Part shown: piece after piece, positions 31,715 through 42,140 of the stretch
How the letters are laid out: every line of letters starts with the position of its first letter
Position numbering within the stretch: the first letter of the stretch is position 1
Assembly: GCF_028368995.1 (NCBI RefSeq)
Contig: NZ_JAQNDL010000003.1
Coordinates: forward strand, 2,816,001-2,880,000
DNA: 64,000 nucleotides
Direction of reading: 5' to 3'
From: Nannocystis bainbridge
GTDB taxonomy: Bacteria; Myxococcota_A; Polyangia; Nannocystales; Nannocystaceae
Position numbers and translations under genes: made by a program
The notes under the pieces: generated by a model
Database searches by the model: none
Told to the model about the DNA's origin: nothing
The model's input: the letters and a program-made list of their open reading frames with translations, nothing else

Positions 31715-32635
31715 GCAGTCTTTGCGGGCTAACGCGATCCGCGCTGGCCGTCAAGTTTGATGTCGAACGCTGTACAGCCCGCTTCTGGAGTTTAATCTCT
31801 CGGGATTGCGCGAGATCGCCCTCTCGCGAGCGGAGTTCGCGCACATCGGGCCGATTTTGCGACCCGCCGTGCTCCAATCATCGCACCTGCCGCCGGGTCG
31901 ACCGCCCGCGCTGCCGTCGCCCTTGGCCTCGAGCTTTGCTCGCGGGCCTCTCGGATCGTCCTCGCTCGCCGTGGCTCACGCCGTGCCTCCGCCCTCGCCG
32001 CTCGCATGCATTCATCGCAGCGTCGCCGAATCACCTCACCCTACACCGCTGGCGATCGGCGCCACCCATTCACCCCTCACCCATCCGCCAGTTCGCCGCC
32101 TCGTCCATCGTTCGTGCCGCCATTCAGCGCTCCACCCCGACCGCCGGCTCGGGCCTTCATTCACCACACCACGCTCCCCGCCCTCGACTCGCTCCCCTCG
32201 CTCGCAAATCATCCCATCCTGGACTATCGCCATAGCGCTGTCCCGACATTGGCGATCCCCGCCCTCGCTCGTTTTCGCGCACGCCCTCCAGCGCCCTCTT
32301 TCGCTCCCCTGCGGCCGGCGGCGAGCCCTTCTGGCGGCCCGGGCAGCGCCTCGCCCGGGCGGCGGCCCCGGGAGCGGGGCCTCACCGGCGGGATCGGGCT
32401 TGACTGCGACCGCGGCCCAGGTAGCCTCCGTAGCACAAACATGCCCCTTAACTTCTGCTTGCTGACAATTCGTATGGCGACCTCGTGCGAGCGCTCGCTC
32501 GCCTGAGCGTCATGCGGCCCGCGGCGACACCGGCGCGGGCCCCGGGTCGAGATCTCTCGCCCACGAATCGACGTATTGCACTTCGCTTGACTTGAATTTG
32601 CCTGCGGATTTTCCCGCAGACTGGCCGATCCTCCC

Positions 32636-35600
32636 ATGCTCTCCCTCGCCGAGACGACCTCGAAATACCGATTGTCGGCATCGCTGGCCACGGCTGTGGC
32701 GCTCATATGCCTCGTCGCCCCTGACGCCGTGAGCTCGCCCGTGCTCGGGCTGTTCCTGTTCGGCGGCGCCGCCTTCCTCGCGCTCGGCTTCCTCGCCGTC
32801 GACCTGCTCGGCGCCGTGCTGCCGGGCGGCGGCCTGACCGCCCGGCGCCTGCGGCGGGTCGCGGGGCTGATCTTGAGCGCCCCCCTGCTGCTGCTCACTG
32901 CGCGGATCCTCGGCATGCAGTCGCCCGCCGACCTGCCGTGGGTGCTGCCGGCGGGGCTCGTGTTCACCGCCGCCGTCGTGATCGCCGTCGAGCGCCTGGC
33001 CCCGCGCATGGGCGCCCCTGACGACCCGCGCTTCTGGCTCGGCACCGCCGTCGCGGCCTTCCAGCTCGTCGCCCTGTTTTTCTACGTACATGTCTCCGAG
33101 GACACCTTCGCGGTGATCCGTCCCGGCACCGAGCGGCTGCACGCCGCGCTCTATTTCGGCACCTGGGGCGCCTCGCTCGCGCTGCTGCTGCCGTGGGGCG
33201 GGCGCGTGGTCAGCCGCGCCGGCGCCGCCCCGCCGTCGCGCTGGTGGGCGGTCTGGAGCGGCCTCGCGGCGTTCATCGGCCTCGGCTTCATGGTCGCCGA
33301 CCGCCGCTTCATGGTCGGCCTCTATCCTGCCATTCACCTGTGGCTGCAGCTCGTCGCCGTGCTCAGCATCGACGCCGCCCTCAGCCGCGGCCTCGCCGCG
33401 GTCCAGCTCGAGCGCTGGCGCGTCGCCCCGGCCACCGTTCGCAAGCTGCAGCGCACCGGCGGGGTCGCGCTCGCGCTCGTCGTCGTCGCCGCCGGCGGCT
33501 TCGCCGTGGTCGCCTTCGGCGGCCTCGCCAGCGACCGTGGCTTCCGCGCCCAGGTCGGCGAATCGACGGTCGGCACCTCGATGATGCGCTACCTCCGGCG
33601 CGGCGAGGGCCGCACGCGCGGCCACCTCGTCGAGCTCGACCACCCGCTCTACCACGACGTCCCGGCGCCCAAGAACGACTGGAACATCATCCTGATCAGC
33701 GTCGACGCCCTGCGCGCCGACGCCTTGCCCGACCCCGAGGACCCCGACAAGAGCGCCGCTCCGCGCCTGTCCGCGCTCGCGGCCGGGTGCGCCGATTTCC
33801 GCCGCGCCTACGCCCCCGGCTCGCGCACCGCGATCGGCATGGGTGCGCTGATGCTCGGCCGCTACAGTGCCCACATTCAATGGGACCTGTGGATGTGGGA
33901 CGGCAAGTTGATCAACCCCAACAAGGCCACGGCGGCGGACATCCGCGGCCTGACCAATGGCGTGCAATACACGACGATCCCGCAGATCCCGCCGGAGGGC
34001 AACCTGGCCCAGCGCCTGAAGGGCGCCGGCCTGCGCACCCTGGCGACCCCGTGGGACGGCTACAGCCGGTTCTTCCGCAAGGACGCCGGCTTCGACCCCG
34101 GCTTCGACGAATACACCGACTTCAACCCGATGAGCTTCCGCGAGCCGGCCAGCCCCAAGGTCCTGCCGCTCGCGCTCGACCAGCTCGACAAGGCCAAGGG
34201 CAAGCGCTTCTTTCAGTGGGTGCATTTGTTCGACCCGCACGAGGCGTACAACGACCGCGAGCGCTACGCCGAATTGGTGCAGGCGATGGACGGGGCGCTC
34301 GGCGAGTTCCTCGACGGCCTCGAGCAACGCGGCCTGCGCGACAAGACGGCCATCTTCTTGGTCGCCGACCACGGTGAGGCGCTCGGCGACCACCGCAACG
34401 CCACCCACGGCACCTCGCTGTACGAGGAGCAGGTGCGCGTGCCGATGCTGATGTGTTTGCCGGGTCGCGGCGGCCAGGTGTTCCGCCAGCCGGTCTCGAC
34501 CCTCGACGCCACCGCCACCATGCTGGCGATTGCCGGCGCCGACCTCACCGGCATCGACGGCGTCAACCTGCTGCCGCTCATCGACGACGGCACCTACCCC
34601 GCCGAGCGGCCGGTGTTCACCGAGCTGCACCGCTACATGTCGAACCAGGCCCAGCGCACCACCGACCTGCAGGCCGTCATCCACGGCCGCTGGAAGCTGA
34701 TCCGCGACCTCAAGAACGACACCGCCCAGCTGTTCGACCTCGAGAACGACCCAAAGGAGGAGGCCAGCGCGCTGGCCAGCCGGCCCGACATGGCCGACGA
34801 CCTCGAGGACCTGCTCGACGCCCTCAACGCCGAGCGCGCCAAGCCCAAGCCGCCGCGGCCGCTGTTCGCCGCCAAGCCGGCCGCCTTCGACGTCGCCCAG
34901 GACTCGGTCCTGCTGTGGGCTCGCTCGACCCTGCCGGCGCAGATCCACTTCGAGCTGGCCAAGAACGCCCGCTTCAACGACGCCCTCGAGACCTCCGCCC
35001 GCGAGGTCAGCCCCGACAGCGACCAGGTCCGCATCGTCGACGTCACCGGCCTCGAGCCGGGCACGCGCTACTGGTACCGCGCCGTGCTCACCTTCGAGGG
35101 CGAGCGCACCCTCAGCGACGCCGCCAGCTTCACCACCTCGCACGCCGAGGCGCGCACGATCAAGCTGGCGTGGAGCGCCGACCTGCTGGCCGACAACGCC
35201 CCGTTCCAGATCTTCGCCCCGCTCAAGCGCGAGAAGCCCGACGTGTTCCTGATGCTCGGCGACACCACCTACGCCGACATCCCCAAGAAGAACAAGGGCA
35301 AGGACCTCAAGACCTACCGCGCTCGCCACAAGCTGGTCCGCCGCGACGAGGCGCTGCAGTCGTTCCTCGCCACTACCGCGACCTTCGCCACCTGGGACGA
35401 CCACGAGATCAGCAACAACGCCCACCGCGAGACCGAGAACCTCGGCGTCGCCCGCCAGGTGTTCCGCGAGCAGTGGCCGCTGCGCAGCGCCGACCCCGAC
35501 GACGTCGGCCTCTACCGCTCGTTCCGCCCGGCCCCGCAGGTCGAGGTGTTCATGCTCGACGTGCGGAGCTTCCGCGACCCGCCCAAGGGCGGCACCACCA

Positions 35601-36082
35601 TGCTCGGCGAGGCCCAGAAGGAGTGGCTCATCACCTCGCTGAAGTCGTCGACCGCGCGCACCAAGATCGTCGCCAGCAGCGTGCCGATGTTCGTCCCGTT
35701 CGGCAAGGACAGCTGGCACGCCTACCCCGACGAGCGCGACGAGCTGCGCACCGTGTTCGCCAGCGAGCCGCCCGGCTCCGTCATCGTCCTGTCCGGCGAC
35801 TACCACCTCGCGTGGCACCTCGTCGAGCAAGAGACCGGCATCCACGAGCTCGTCGCCGGCCCGCTCGACGCCTGGTCGTTCGAGGACATGCTTCCGGGCC
35901 ACGTCACCGACGTCGCCAAGCGCGGCGGCTTCACCATCACCGACGGCCCCAACTACGGGGTGCTCGAGATCAAGGCCGACGGCTCGGTCGTCGCCCGCTA
36001 CCACGACGTCAGGGGCAAGCAGAAGTACCGGACCGTGCTGAGCGGGCCGGACGAGGTGCCAGCCCCGAGCCCGGCCAAGTGA
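32636..36082 (+). CDS. Membrane-anchored sulfatase-like + PhoD alkaline phosphatase fusion
   Basis: N-terminal TM bundle; NIILISVDALRAD, HLFDPH and VADHGE; then GLEPGTRYWYR, LGDTTYAD, TWDDHEI and LSGDYH. Confidence 0.88.
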   Translation: MLSLAETTSKYRLSASLATAVALICLVAPDAVSSPVLGLFLFGGAAFLALGFLAVDLLGAVLPGGGLTARRLRRVAGLILSAPLLLLTARILGMQSPADLPWVLPAGLVFTAAVVIAVERLAPRMGAPDDPRFWLGTAVAAFQLVALFFYVHVSEDTFAVIRPGTERLHAALYFGTWGASLALLLPWGGRVVSRAGAAPPSRWWAVWSGLAAFIGLGFMVADRRFMVGLYPAIHLWLQLVAVLSIDAALSRGLAAVQLERWRVAPATVRKLQRTGGVALALVVVAAGGFAVVAFGGLASDRGFRAQVGESTVGTSMMRYLRRGEGRTRGHLVELDHPLYHDVPAPKNDWNIILISVDALRADALPDPEDPDKSAAPRLSALAAGCADFRRAYAPGSRTAIGMGALMLGRYSAHIQWDLWMWDGKLINPNKATAADIRGLTNGVQYTTIPQIPPEGNLAQRLKGAGLRTLATPWDGYSRFFRKDAGFDPGFDEYTDFNPMSFREPASPKVLPLALDQLDKAKGKRFFQWVHLFDPHEAYNDRERYAELVQAMDGALGEFLDGLEQRGLRDKTAIFLVADHGEALGDHRNATHGTSLYEEQVRVPMLMCLPGRGGQVFRQPVSTLDATATMLAIAGADLTGIDGVNLLPLIDDGTYPAERPVFTELHRYMSNQAQRTTDLQAVIHGRWKLIRDLKNDTAQLFDLENDPKEEASALASRPDMADDLEDLLDALNAERAKPKPPRPLFAAKPAAFDVAQDSVLLWARSTLPAQIHFELAKNARFNDALETSAREVSPDSDQVRIVDVTGLEPGTRYWYRAVLTFEGERTLSDAASFTTSHAEARTIKLAWSADLLADNAPFQIFAPLKREKPDVFLMLGDTTYADIPKKNKGKDLKTYRARHKLVRRDEALQSFLATTATFATWDDHEISNNAHRETENLGVARQVFREQWPLRSADPDDVGLYRSFRPAPQVEVFMLDVRSFRDPPKGGTTMLGEAQKEWLITSLKSSTARTKIVASSVPMFVPFGKDSWHAYPDERDELRTVFASEPPGSVIVLSGDYHLAWHLVEQETGIHELVAGPLDAWSFEDMLPGHVTDVAKRGGFTITDGPNYGVLEIKADGSVVARYHDVRGKQKYRTVLSGPDEVPAPSPAK

Positions 36083-36130
36083 GCCCCGGGGCGCGCGCGG
36101 CGGTTGGCCGCTCGCGCCCCGCAGCCGCGC

Positions 36131-38152
36131 TCAGCGCGACTTCTTCAGCTTGGGCAGGCACTGGCCCGCGACGCTGACGAGGCCCTCGGCGCAGCGCGAG
36201 GCCTTGGCCGCGAACCCCGACTTCGAGGTCATCACCTTGCGCAGGGCGTTGCTGCGCTGCATCGATGGCTTGATGGCGGGCTTCAGCTTCTTCACGTCGA
36301 TCTGCTTGGGCGCGACCCACTTGTCGGCGACGACGTCCTGGCGGTTGACGAGGTCGAGCGGGACCGAGCGCAGGTCGATCGACTGGCAGCCGATCATCGA
36401 CGTGTCGTTGCTGGCGTTCGAGTCCACCGTGCACTTCATCGAGGTCAGCACGCCGCGCGAGTTCTTGTTGAACGTCTCGGTGCGCGGGTCCTCGCCGGTC
36501 TTGCCGCTCAGCATGCCGTGGTACTTGAGGTTCTGCATCCCCTCCACGCAGTCCTCGTAGGCCTTCTTGTTGATGAGCTTCAGCCCGGCGCAGACCGCGG
36601 GGTCGGGGCTGACGGTCTCGGCCTTCACGCCGGTGCCCTTGTACGAGCACTGGGCCAGGGTCTCGCCCGGGGTCGGCCCCGCGAGGTCGAACACCGGCGT
36701 CTTCAGCGTGGTCTCGAACGTGGTGTGGTCGGCCTTCGACTCCTCCATCCGGATCTTCAGCGTCGAGAGCAGCTTGCGGGTGTCGAGCGGGTCGCCGCCG
36801 GTGTGGTCGGACTTGAACGTCAGGTTGGCGCTGAAGTTGACCGGCCCGCCGCCCATCTCGCGGTCGCCCTTGGTGTTGCTGAACTGCCCGTTGGTGGTCG
36901 CCAGCGCGGTCCGCAGCTTGGTCTGGATGTTGTCGCCGACGTCGCGCGAGGCGTAGCACTCCGACACGTAGCGCATCGGGAATTGGTCGTACTCGCCGAC
37001 CACGAAGTCCTCGAAGTCCTTCCACGTGTTGTAGAGCGACTCGCAGGCCGGCTTTCCCGCCCAGTCGACGTCGCAGTCGCGGGCCCGGTTGCGCATGTCG
37101 GCCAGCTGCGTCTGGTAGTAGGTGCGCCGCGCCTTGATGAACGCCACGCGAGCGTCGCGCTTGGCCGGCGTGGTCCCGAGCGCGAACAGCTTCGCGTTCT
37201 GGATCATGAAGTCGGAGTCGTCGATGAGCGCCGTCAGGCCCCAGGCCGCCTCGGCCAGCTTGGTGAGCTTCTGCTCCGAGGTGATCGGCGCCAGCGGGTT
37301 GCCGACCGGCCAGTTGGCGACGATGTCCTCGTAGGGCACCGCCATCAGCTTGAACGTCTGCTTGGGCCCGTTCTGCCCGGGGAACGACTGCACCTGCTGC
37401 AGGAACTGGTCGACCGACAGGCTGGCGCTGTTGCTGCCGCTCGAGGTCACGTGGATCTCGAGGTCCTGGGTGCTGCTGGCCTGCTTGAGCTTGTTGATCG
37501 TGCTGACGCCGACCTCGGCGTTCATGGTCGCGTACTCGACCCCGATCACCCCGCTGGCGGCCAGCTTGCTCTCGGTCGCGGTGTCGCGGACCGACAGCTG
37601 GACCGTGCCGAAGAACCACCGCCCCTTCTGCTCGCCGATCAGGACGTAATCACCGCACTGCTGGCGGAACGCCGGCGTGCCGATCATCGCCAGGTACTCG
37701 GGCTTGAGGTTGATGTCGCCTGCCGTGAACTTCATCGGCTCGACGTTGTGGTACTTGGCGAGGATCGTGTGCGTATTGAAGTTGGTCTTGGTCGACTGGA
37801 AGAAATCGACCTTCGAGCTGGCGTTGGCGCTCACGAGCCCCATCGACGCCGAGAACTTGGTGTTGACCGCCAGGTTCATCTCGTCGGCCAGCTGCGAGTT
37901 GGAGACGACCGAGCTGAATTTGAACTCGTCGCCGCTCGCCCCCGACCCGTCGACCACGGCGGCGCCGACCTGCACGCACTGCCGCAGCACGAATTCGCGG
38001 CTGACGCTGTTGTAGCCGTACCCGCGGCCGGTCAGCGTCTTGGGCGGCTCGAGCTCGAGGTACTGATCGGCCGCGAAGGCCGTCGGCACCATGCTCAAGC
38101 TCAAGAGACCGCAAGTCACACCCGCCAGCCGCTGCCTGGTTCCACTTCGCAT
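36131..38152 (-). CDS. Secreted protein with putative MACPF-like domain
   Basis: Signal peptide; GRGYGYNSVS...C and FRQQCGDYVLIGEQKG, similar to the MACPF F...[YC]G..[FY]V...GG signature. Confidence 0.6.
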   Translation of the reverse strand: MRSGTRQRLAGVTCGLLSLSMVPTAFAADQYLELEPPKTLTGRGYGYNSVSREFVLRQCVQVGAAVVDGSGASGDEFKFSSVVSNSQLADEMNLAVNTKFSASMGLVSANASSKVDFFQSTKTNFNTHTILAKYHNVEPMKFTAGDINLKPEYLAMIGTPAFRQQCGDYVLIGEQKGRWFFGTVQLSVRDTATESKLAASGVIGVEYATMNAEVGVSTINKLKQASSTQDLEIHVTSSGSNSASLSVDQFLQQVQSFPGQNGPKQTFKLMAVPYEDIVANWPVGNPLAPITSEQKLTKLAEAAWGLTALIDDSDFMIQNAKLFALGTTPAKRDARVAFIKARRTYYQTQLADMRNRARDCDVDWAGKPACESLYNTWKDFEDFVVGEYDQFPMRYVSECYASRDVGDNIQTKLRTALATTNGQFSNTKGDREMGGGPVNFSANLTFKSDHTGGDPLDTRKLLSTLKIRMEESKADHTTFETTLKTPVFDLAGPTPGETLAQCSYKGTGVKAETVSPDPAVCAGLKLINKKAYEDCVEGMQNLKYHGMLSGKTGEDPRTETFNKNSRGVLTSMKCTVDSNASNDTSMIGCQSIDLRSVPLDLVNRQDVVADKWVAPKQIDVKKLKPAIKPSMQRSNALRKVMTSKSGFAAKASRCAEGLVSVAGQCLPKLKKSR

Positions 38153-38569
38153 CGTCGACTCCTTCGTGCGCTACCGGCAAGCGACCGCGCTCGAGGGCCG
38201 ATGCCCCCGACGTTCGCACTCGGCTTGGGAACGCGTCGACACAAAGTGAAAGTCGAACGGAAAACAATTGCGAAGAAATGCAGCGAGCGCGGCCGCTCGA
38301 TCGCCGCGCTCGATCGGCGTCGAATTGAATCGCTAGCTCGCACCACCGCGGCTCGCTCCGCTGACGGGCGACCGACATCCGACTCGCCGACATGACTCCT
38401 CGCGAGAACGGCGGACCCGGGCCCTGGCGGTCCCTCGCTCGGCTCCCGGTCAGCGACCTCGACCTCTGCGACGACCTCTGCCGGGCCGCGCGGCGACGCG
38501 CCGGCAGCGGCGCGCCGCGGTCACGATGCGCGCCGGCCAAACCTCGTGCGCGCGTGGTAGCGTCGCGCC

Positions 38570-39454
38570 ATGGTCGAGACCCTTCGCATCCGCTTCGAGT
38601 CCCACGGCGCGCCGATCGTCGGCAACCTGTTCGTCCCCGCGCGCGAGGGTCGCCTGGCCGCGGTGGTCGTCGACGGTCCGCTCACCTCGGTGAAGGAGCA
38701 GGCCCAGGGCAACCACGCGCGCGCGCTCGCCGAGCGGGGCTTCATCGCCCTCGCGTTCGACCATCGCTTCTTCGGCGAGAGCGGGGGCCAGCCGCGCCAG
38801 TACGAGTCGCCGCCGCAGAAGATCGAGGACCTGCGCGCCGCGGTCGATTTCCTGGCCAGCCACGAGCGCGTCGACGGCGGGCGGATCGGCGCCGTGGGCG
38901 TGTGCGCGGGCGCGGGCTACGTGGCGGGGGCGGTCGCCGACGATCCGCGGCTCCGCGCATTCGCAGCCGTGGCCGGGTTCTTCCACGACGCGGCGATGCA
39001 GCTCAAGTGGATGGGCCCCGACGGCTACGCGGCCACGCTCGCCAGCGGCCAGGCGGCCCGTGAGCGCTACGAGGCCACCGGCCAGCTCGACACGATCCCC
39101 GCCGTCGGCGACGGCGAGGTCGCCATGCCGCTCGCCGAGGCCTTCTCCTACTACGGCACCCCGCGCGGCGCCGTCGCCAACTACGTCAACGCCTACGCCG
39201 TGATGTCGCGCGAGCACACCATCCCCTACGACGCCCAGTCGGCGGCCCCGCGGATCCGCGTGCCCACGGCGATCGTGCACTCCGAAAAAGCCCTCGCGCC
39301 CGCGCTCGCCCGCAGCTTCCACGCGGCGCTCGGCGGGCCCAAGGCGATCCACTGGCTCACGTCGCAGGGCCAGGTCGATTTCTACGACGACCCCAAGCTG
39401 ATCGCCGCCGCCGCCGACCTCGTCGCCGTCCACCTGCGCGCCGCCCTCGGCTGA
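38570..39454 (+). CDS. Alpha/beta hydrolase
   Basis: GPLTSVKEQ, FDHRFFGESGGQPRQYE and GVCAGAGY. Confidence 0.9.
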   Translation: MVETLRIRFESHGAPIVGNLFVPAREGRLAAVVVDGPLTSVKEQAQGNHARALAERGFIALAFDHRFFGESGGQPRQYESPPQKIEDLRAAVDFLASHERVDGGRIGAVGVCAGAGYVAGAVADDPRLRAFAAVAGFFHDAAMQLKWMGPDGYAATLASGQAARERYEATGQLDTIPAVGDGEVAMPLAEAFSYYGTPRGAVANYVNAYAVMSREHTIPYDAQSAAPRIRVPTAIVHSEKALAPALARSFHAALGGPKAIHWLTSQGQVDFYDDPKLIAAAADLVAVHLRAALG

Positions 39455-39683
39455 CCGCTCGGACATGTCCTGAGGGACATTATTTTTCCTGGCGCGCCGA
39501 TCGGCAACTCGGGTTCGGCGCCGCCCGCCTGCGGCCGCGGACCACCGCAGCCCGAGGTCCGCGCCCCGTCGAGCCATGTCCGAAACAACATGTCTCTTCG
39601 GACATCCTTGACGCATCGCAAGGCTCGCGTGACGGCGCGCTCGTCCGCGCTCGCCCGGGCGCGGCAGTGGTAGCCTGCGGCGC

Positions 39684-42140
39684 GTGCCCGGCCTCTCGAC
39701 CGCCCTCGCGCTGCTGACCGTGTTCGCGGTCGCGGCGCTCCTGCGCGATCGACTCGGCGCCGCCGCGGCGCTCGGCGTCGCCCTCGCCGGCACCTTCCTG
39801 ATCGTCAGCGCCGTCGGCCTGATCTTGCTCGACCTCGGGCGATTGCAGCCGTGGCCGCTGCGCCTCGCGCTGCTCGCCGCCTTCAGCGCATTCGTCCTGC
39901 TCGCCGGCGTCGCGCGTCGGCGACTGCCTCGCGCCACGCCCACCCCTGTCCTCCACGCGCGTCCGCTCGCGCTCGGCCTCGGCGTCTTGCTCGTCACCGG
40001 CGTCGGCCTGCGCCTCGCGCCCTCCCCCTATTTGCAGGGCGGTCAGGACCAGGGCATCTACGTCAACGTCGGGCATCACATCGCCCGCACCGGCCGCTTG
40101 CGACCCGTCGATCGCCTGCTGCGCGGGGCGGTGCGCGGCGTCCCGCAGGCCGACGTCCTGGCCGCCTATCGCGTCAAACCGCTGGCCGCCGATTCACCGC
40201 TCGTCGGCGTCCGCGAGGGCCGCTGGGCCGCCGGTCTGCACATCGAGGACGCGCGCGCCGGTCGCCTGGTCCCCGCCTTCTTTCCGCTGATGCCGGTGTG
40301 GTTCGCGATCGCCGAGCTCGACGGCGGCTTCGCGCGCTCGACCTGGCCGCTCGTGCTGTTCTGGGCCCTCTCGGCGCTGGCCCTGTTCGCCCTCGCCCGG
40401 CGCCTCGCGCAGGACAGCGACGATCCGCTGGTGCGCCGTCGCGCCGGCACGCTCGGCCTCGTCGCGCTCGCCGGCCTCGCCCTGCACCCGCTCGACCTGT
40501 GGATCTCGAGCTTCACCGTCACCGAGAACCTCGCGCGCGCCTGCCTGCTCGCGGCCGCCTGGCTGGCCCTCGAGGCAGGTGCCGCCGAGCGCGACGGTCG
40601 ACCTGGCGCGCGCCTGCTCGCGCTGCTCGGCGGCCTCTGCTTCGCCGCCGGCGCCTTCACCCGCGGCAGCCTGGTCGCCCACGCGATCGTGCTCGCCGGC
40701 GCCCTCCTGCTCGGGCGGGGCGACGCGCCGCGCACCCGCCGGGCGCTGCTCGGCGCGCTCGTCGTCGGCACCACCCTCGCGGTCGTGCAGGCCGTGCTTC
40801 ACTCGTGGCCTTACTTCTTCTCCGCCGCCGCCAATCACTTTCACGTCCCGCGGCTCACCCCGCGTCCGGCCGTCGCCGTCGCCTGGACCCTCGCCGCCGG
40901 CCTCGCGCTGCTGCTCGTCGAGCTCGGCCTGCGCCGGCTCCCCGCGCGCCTCTGCGGCCTCGCGCGTCGCTCGCTGCGCCTCGCCGCCGGCCTCGCCCTC
41001 GCCCTCGCCGCGGTCGGATTCGTGCGCCAGGGCCTCGTCACCACCGGCGCCGACCAGCAAGTGCTCGCCGTCCTGGTGCGCCACGGCGGCCCGCTGCCGC
41101 TGCTGCTCGGCCTCGTCGGCCTGGGCCTCGCCGTGCGACGGGCCGACGCGCGCCTGCTGCCGTGGCTGGTCCTCGCCGCCGCGATCGTCCTGGAGGCCGC
41201 GCTCAAGTCGGGCGTGCGCTACGAGTTCTACTACGCCCGCTACTTCATCGCCGACCTCGTGCCGGCGCTGACCATCGCCGCCGCATGTCTCTCGGGACAT
41301 ATCATCACTCGCCTCGAGCGCCGCCGCGGCCCGCGCCTGGCCGCCCTCGCCTGCGGCGCGCTGCTGCTGGCGTGGCTGGTGCCGCCGCTGCGGCTGCTCC
41401 CCCGCGAGGTCTACTGGACCCGCGACCTCGCGGACGACCCCGAGCAGCTCACCAGTCTCTTCGGACATGTCCCCGAGGACGCATTGCTGCTGTTCGACGA
41501 TCGCGCCCCCGGTCGCTGGCGCGGCCTGCTGGCCGTGCCCGCGCTGCTCTCGTTCGGCCGCAACGCCCTCGCCGTCCCGCCTGGCGGGCACATCGTCGAG
41601 GGCGCGCTCAAGGCCGGCACCCCCGTGCTCCTGCTGTCCGGCGGCTGGGAGCCCGACGATCGCCAGCGCTGGCCCTCGGCCGACAGCGGCCCCTGGCGCA
41701 CCCGCGTGATCGCTCGCGGCATCTATCAGGCCCCGCGCGCCGAGACCGTCGAGGGCGGCGTCCCGGCGCGGCTCCACGACGGCGGCGGCCCGTGGGAGCT
41801 GCAGCAGCTCGACCGATCGATCTGGCGCAGCTCCGGCGCCTTCAGCCTCTACCCCGACAGCATGTTCGTCACGGCCACCGCCACCGGCTTTAATATAGAG
41901 CCGCTGCCGCTGCCGGCCGGCGCGCGCGTCGAACTGTGGCTGCCCACCGGCCTCTCCTGCGACGTCACCGCGAAGCTCGACACCGATCCGCTGCCGCTCA
42001 CGCCGCTGCCGCGCCAACCCGACGGCCCGCTGCTGTGGTCTCTGCCGCCGACGCCGCCGCAGACCGCAGCCCTGACGATCGCCGCGACCTGCGACGGCGC
42101 GTTCGCCTGGCGCTGGCTCAGCGTGCGCGCCGAGCCTTGA
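39684..42140 (+). CDS. Polytopic membrane protein, GT-C glycosyltransferase-like
   Basis: GGQDQGIY loop, many TMs, FYYARYF, C-terminal soluble domain. Confidence 0.65.
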   Translation: MPGLSTALALLTVFAVAALLRDRLGAAAALGVALAGTFLIVSAVGLILLDLGRLQPWPLRLALLAAFSAFVLLAGVARRRLPRATPTPVLHARPLALGLGVLLVTGVGLRLAPSPYLQGGQDQGIYVNVGHHIARTGRLRPVDRLLRGAVRGVPQADVLAAYRVKPLAADSPLVGVREGRWAAGLHIEDARAGRLVPAFFPLMPVWFAIAELDGGFARSTWPLVLFWALSALALFALARRLAQDSDDPLVRRRAGTLGLVALAGLALHPLDLWISSFTVTENLARACLLAAAWLALEAGAAERDGRPGARLLALLGGLCFAAGAFTRGSLVAHAIVLAGALLLGRGDAPRTRRALLGALVVGTTLAVVQAVLHSWPYFFSAAANHFHVPRLTPRPAVAVAWTLAAGLALLLVELGLRRLPARLCGLARRSLRLAAGLALALAAVGFVRQGLVTTGADQQVLAVLVRHGGPLPLLLGLVGLGLAVRRADARLLPWLVLAAAIVLEAALKSGVRYEFYYARYFIADLVPALTIAAACLSGHIITRLERRRGPRLAALACGALLLAWLVPPLRLLPREVYWTRDLADDPEQLTSLFGHVPEDALLLFDDRAPGRWRGLLAVPALLSFGRNALAVPPGGHIVEGALKAGTPVLLLSGGWEPDDRQRWPSADSGPWRTRVIARGIYQAPRAETVEGGVPARLHDGGGPWELQQLDRSIWRSSGAFSLYPDSMFVTATATGFNIEPLPLPAGARVELWLPTGLSCDVTAKLDTDPLPLTPLPRQPDGPLLWSLPPTPPQTAALTIAATCDGAFAWRWLSVRAEP

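Noticed and set aside
32510-36004. Long antisense/alternate-frame ORFs (e.g. 32510-36004, 6183-8876, 6677-9241, 36104-38395, upstream part of 23800-27042)
   Set aside because: Shadow ORFs expected in very GC-rich DNA, overlapping well-supported genes.
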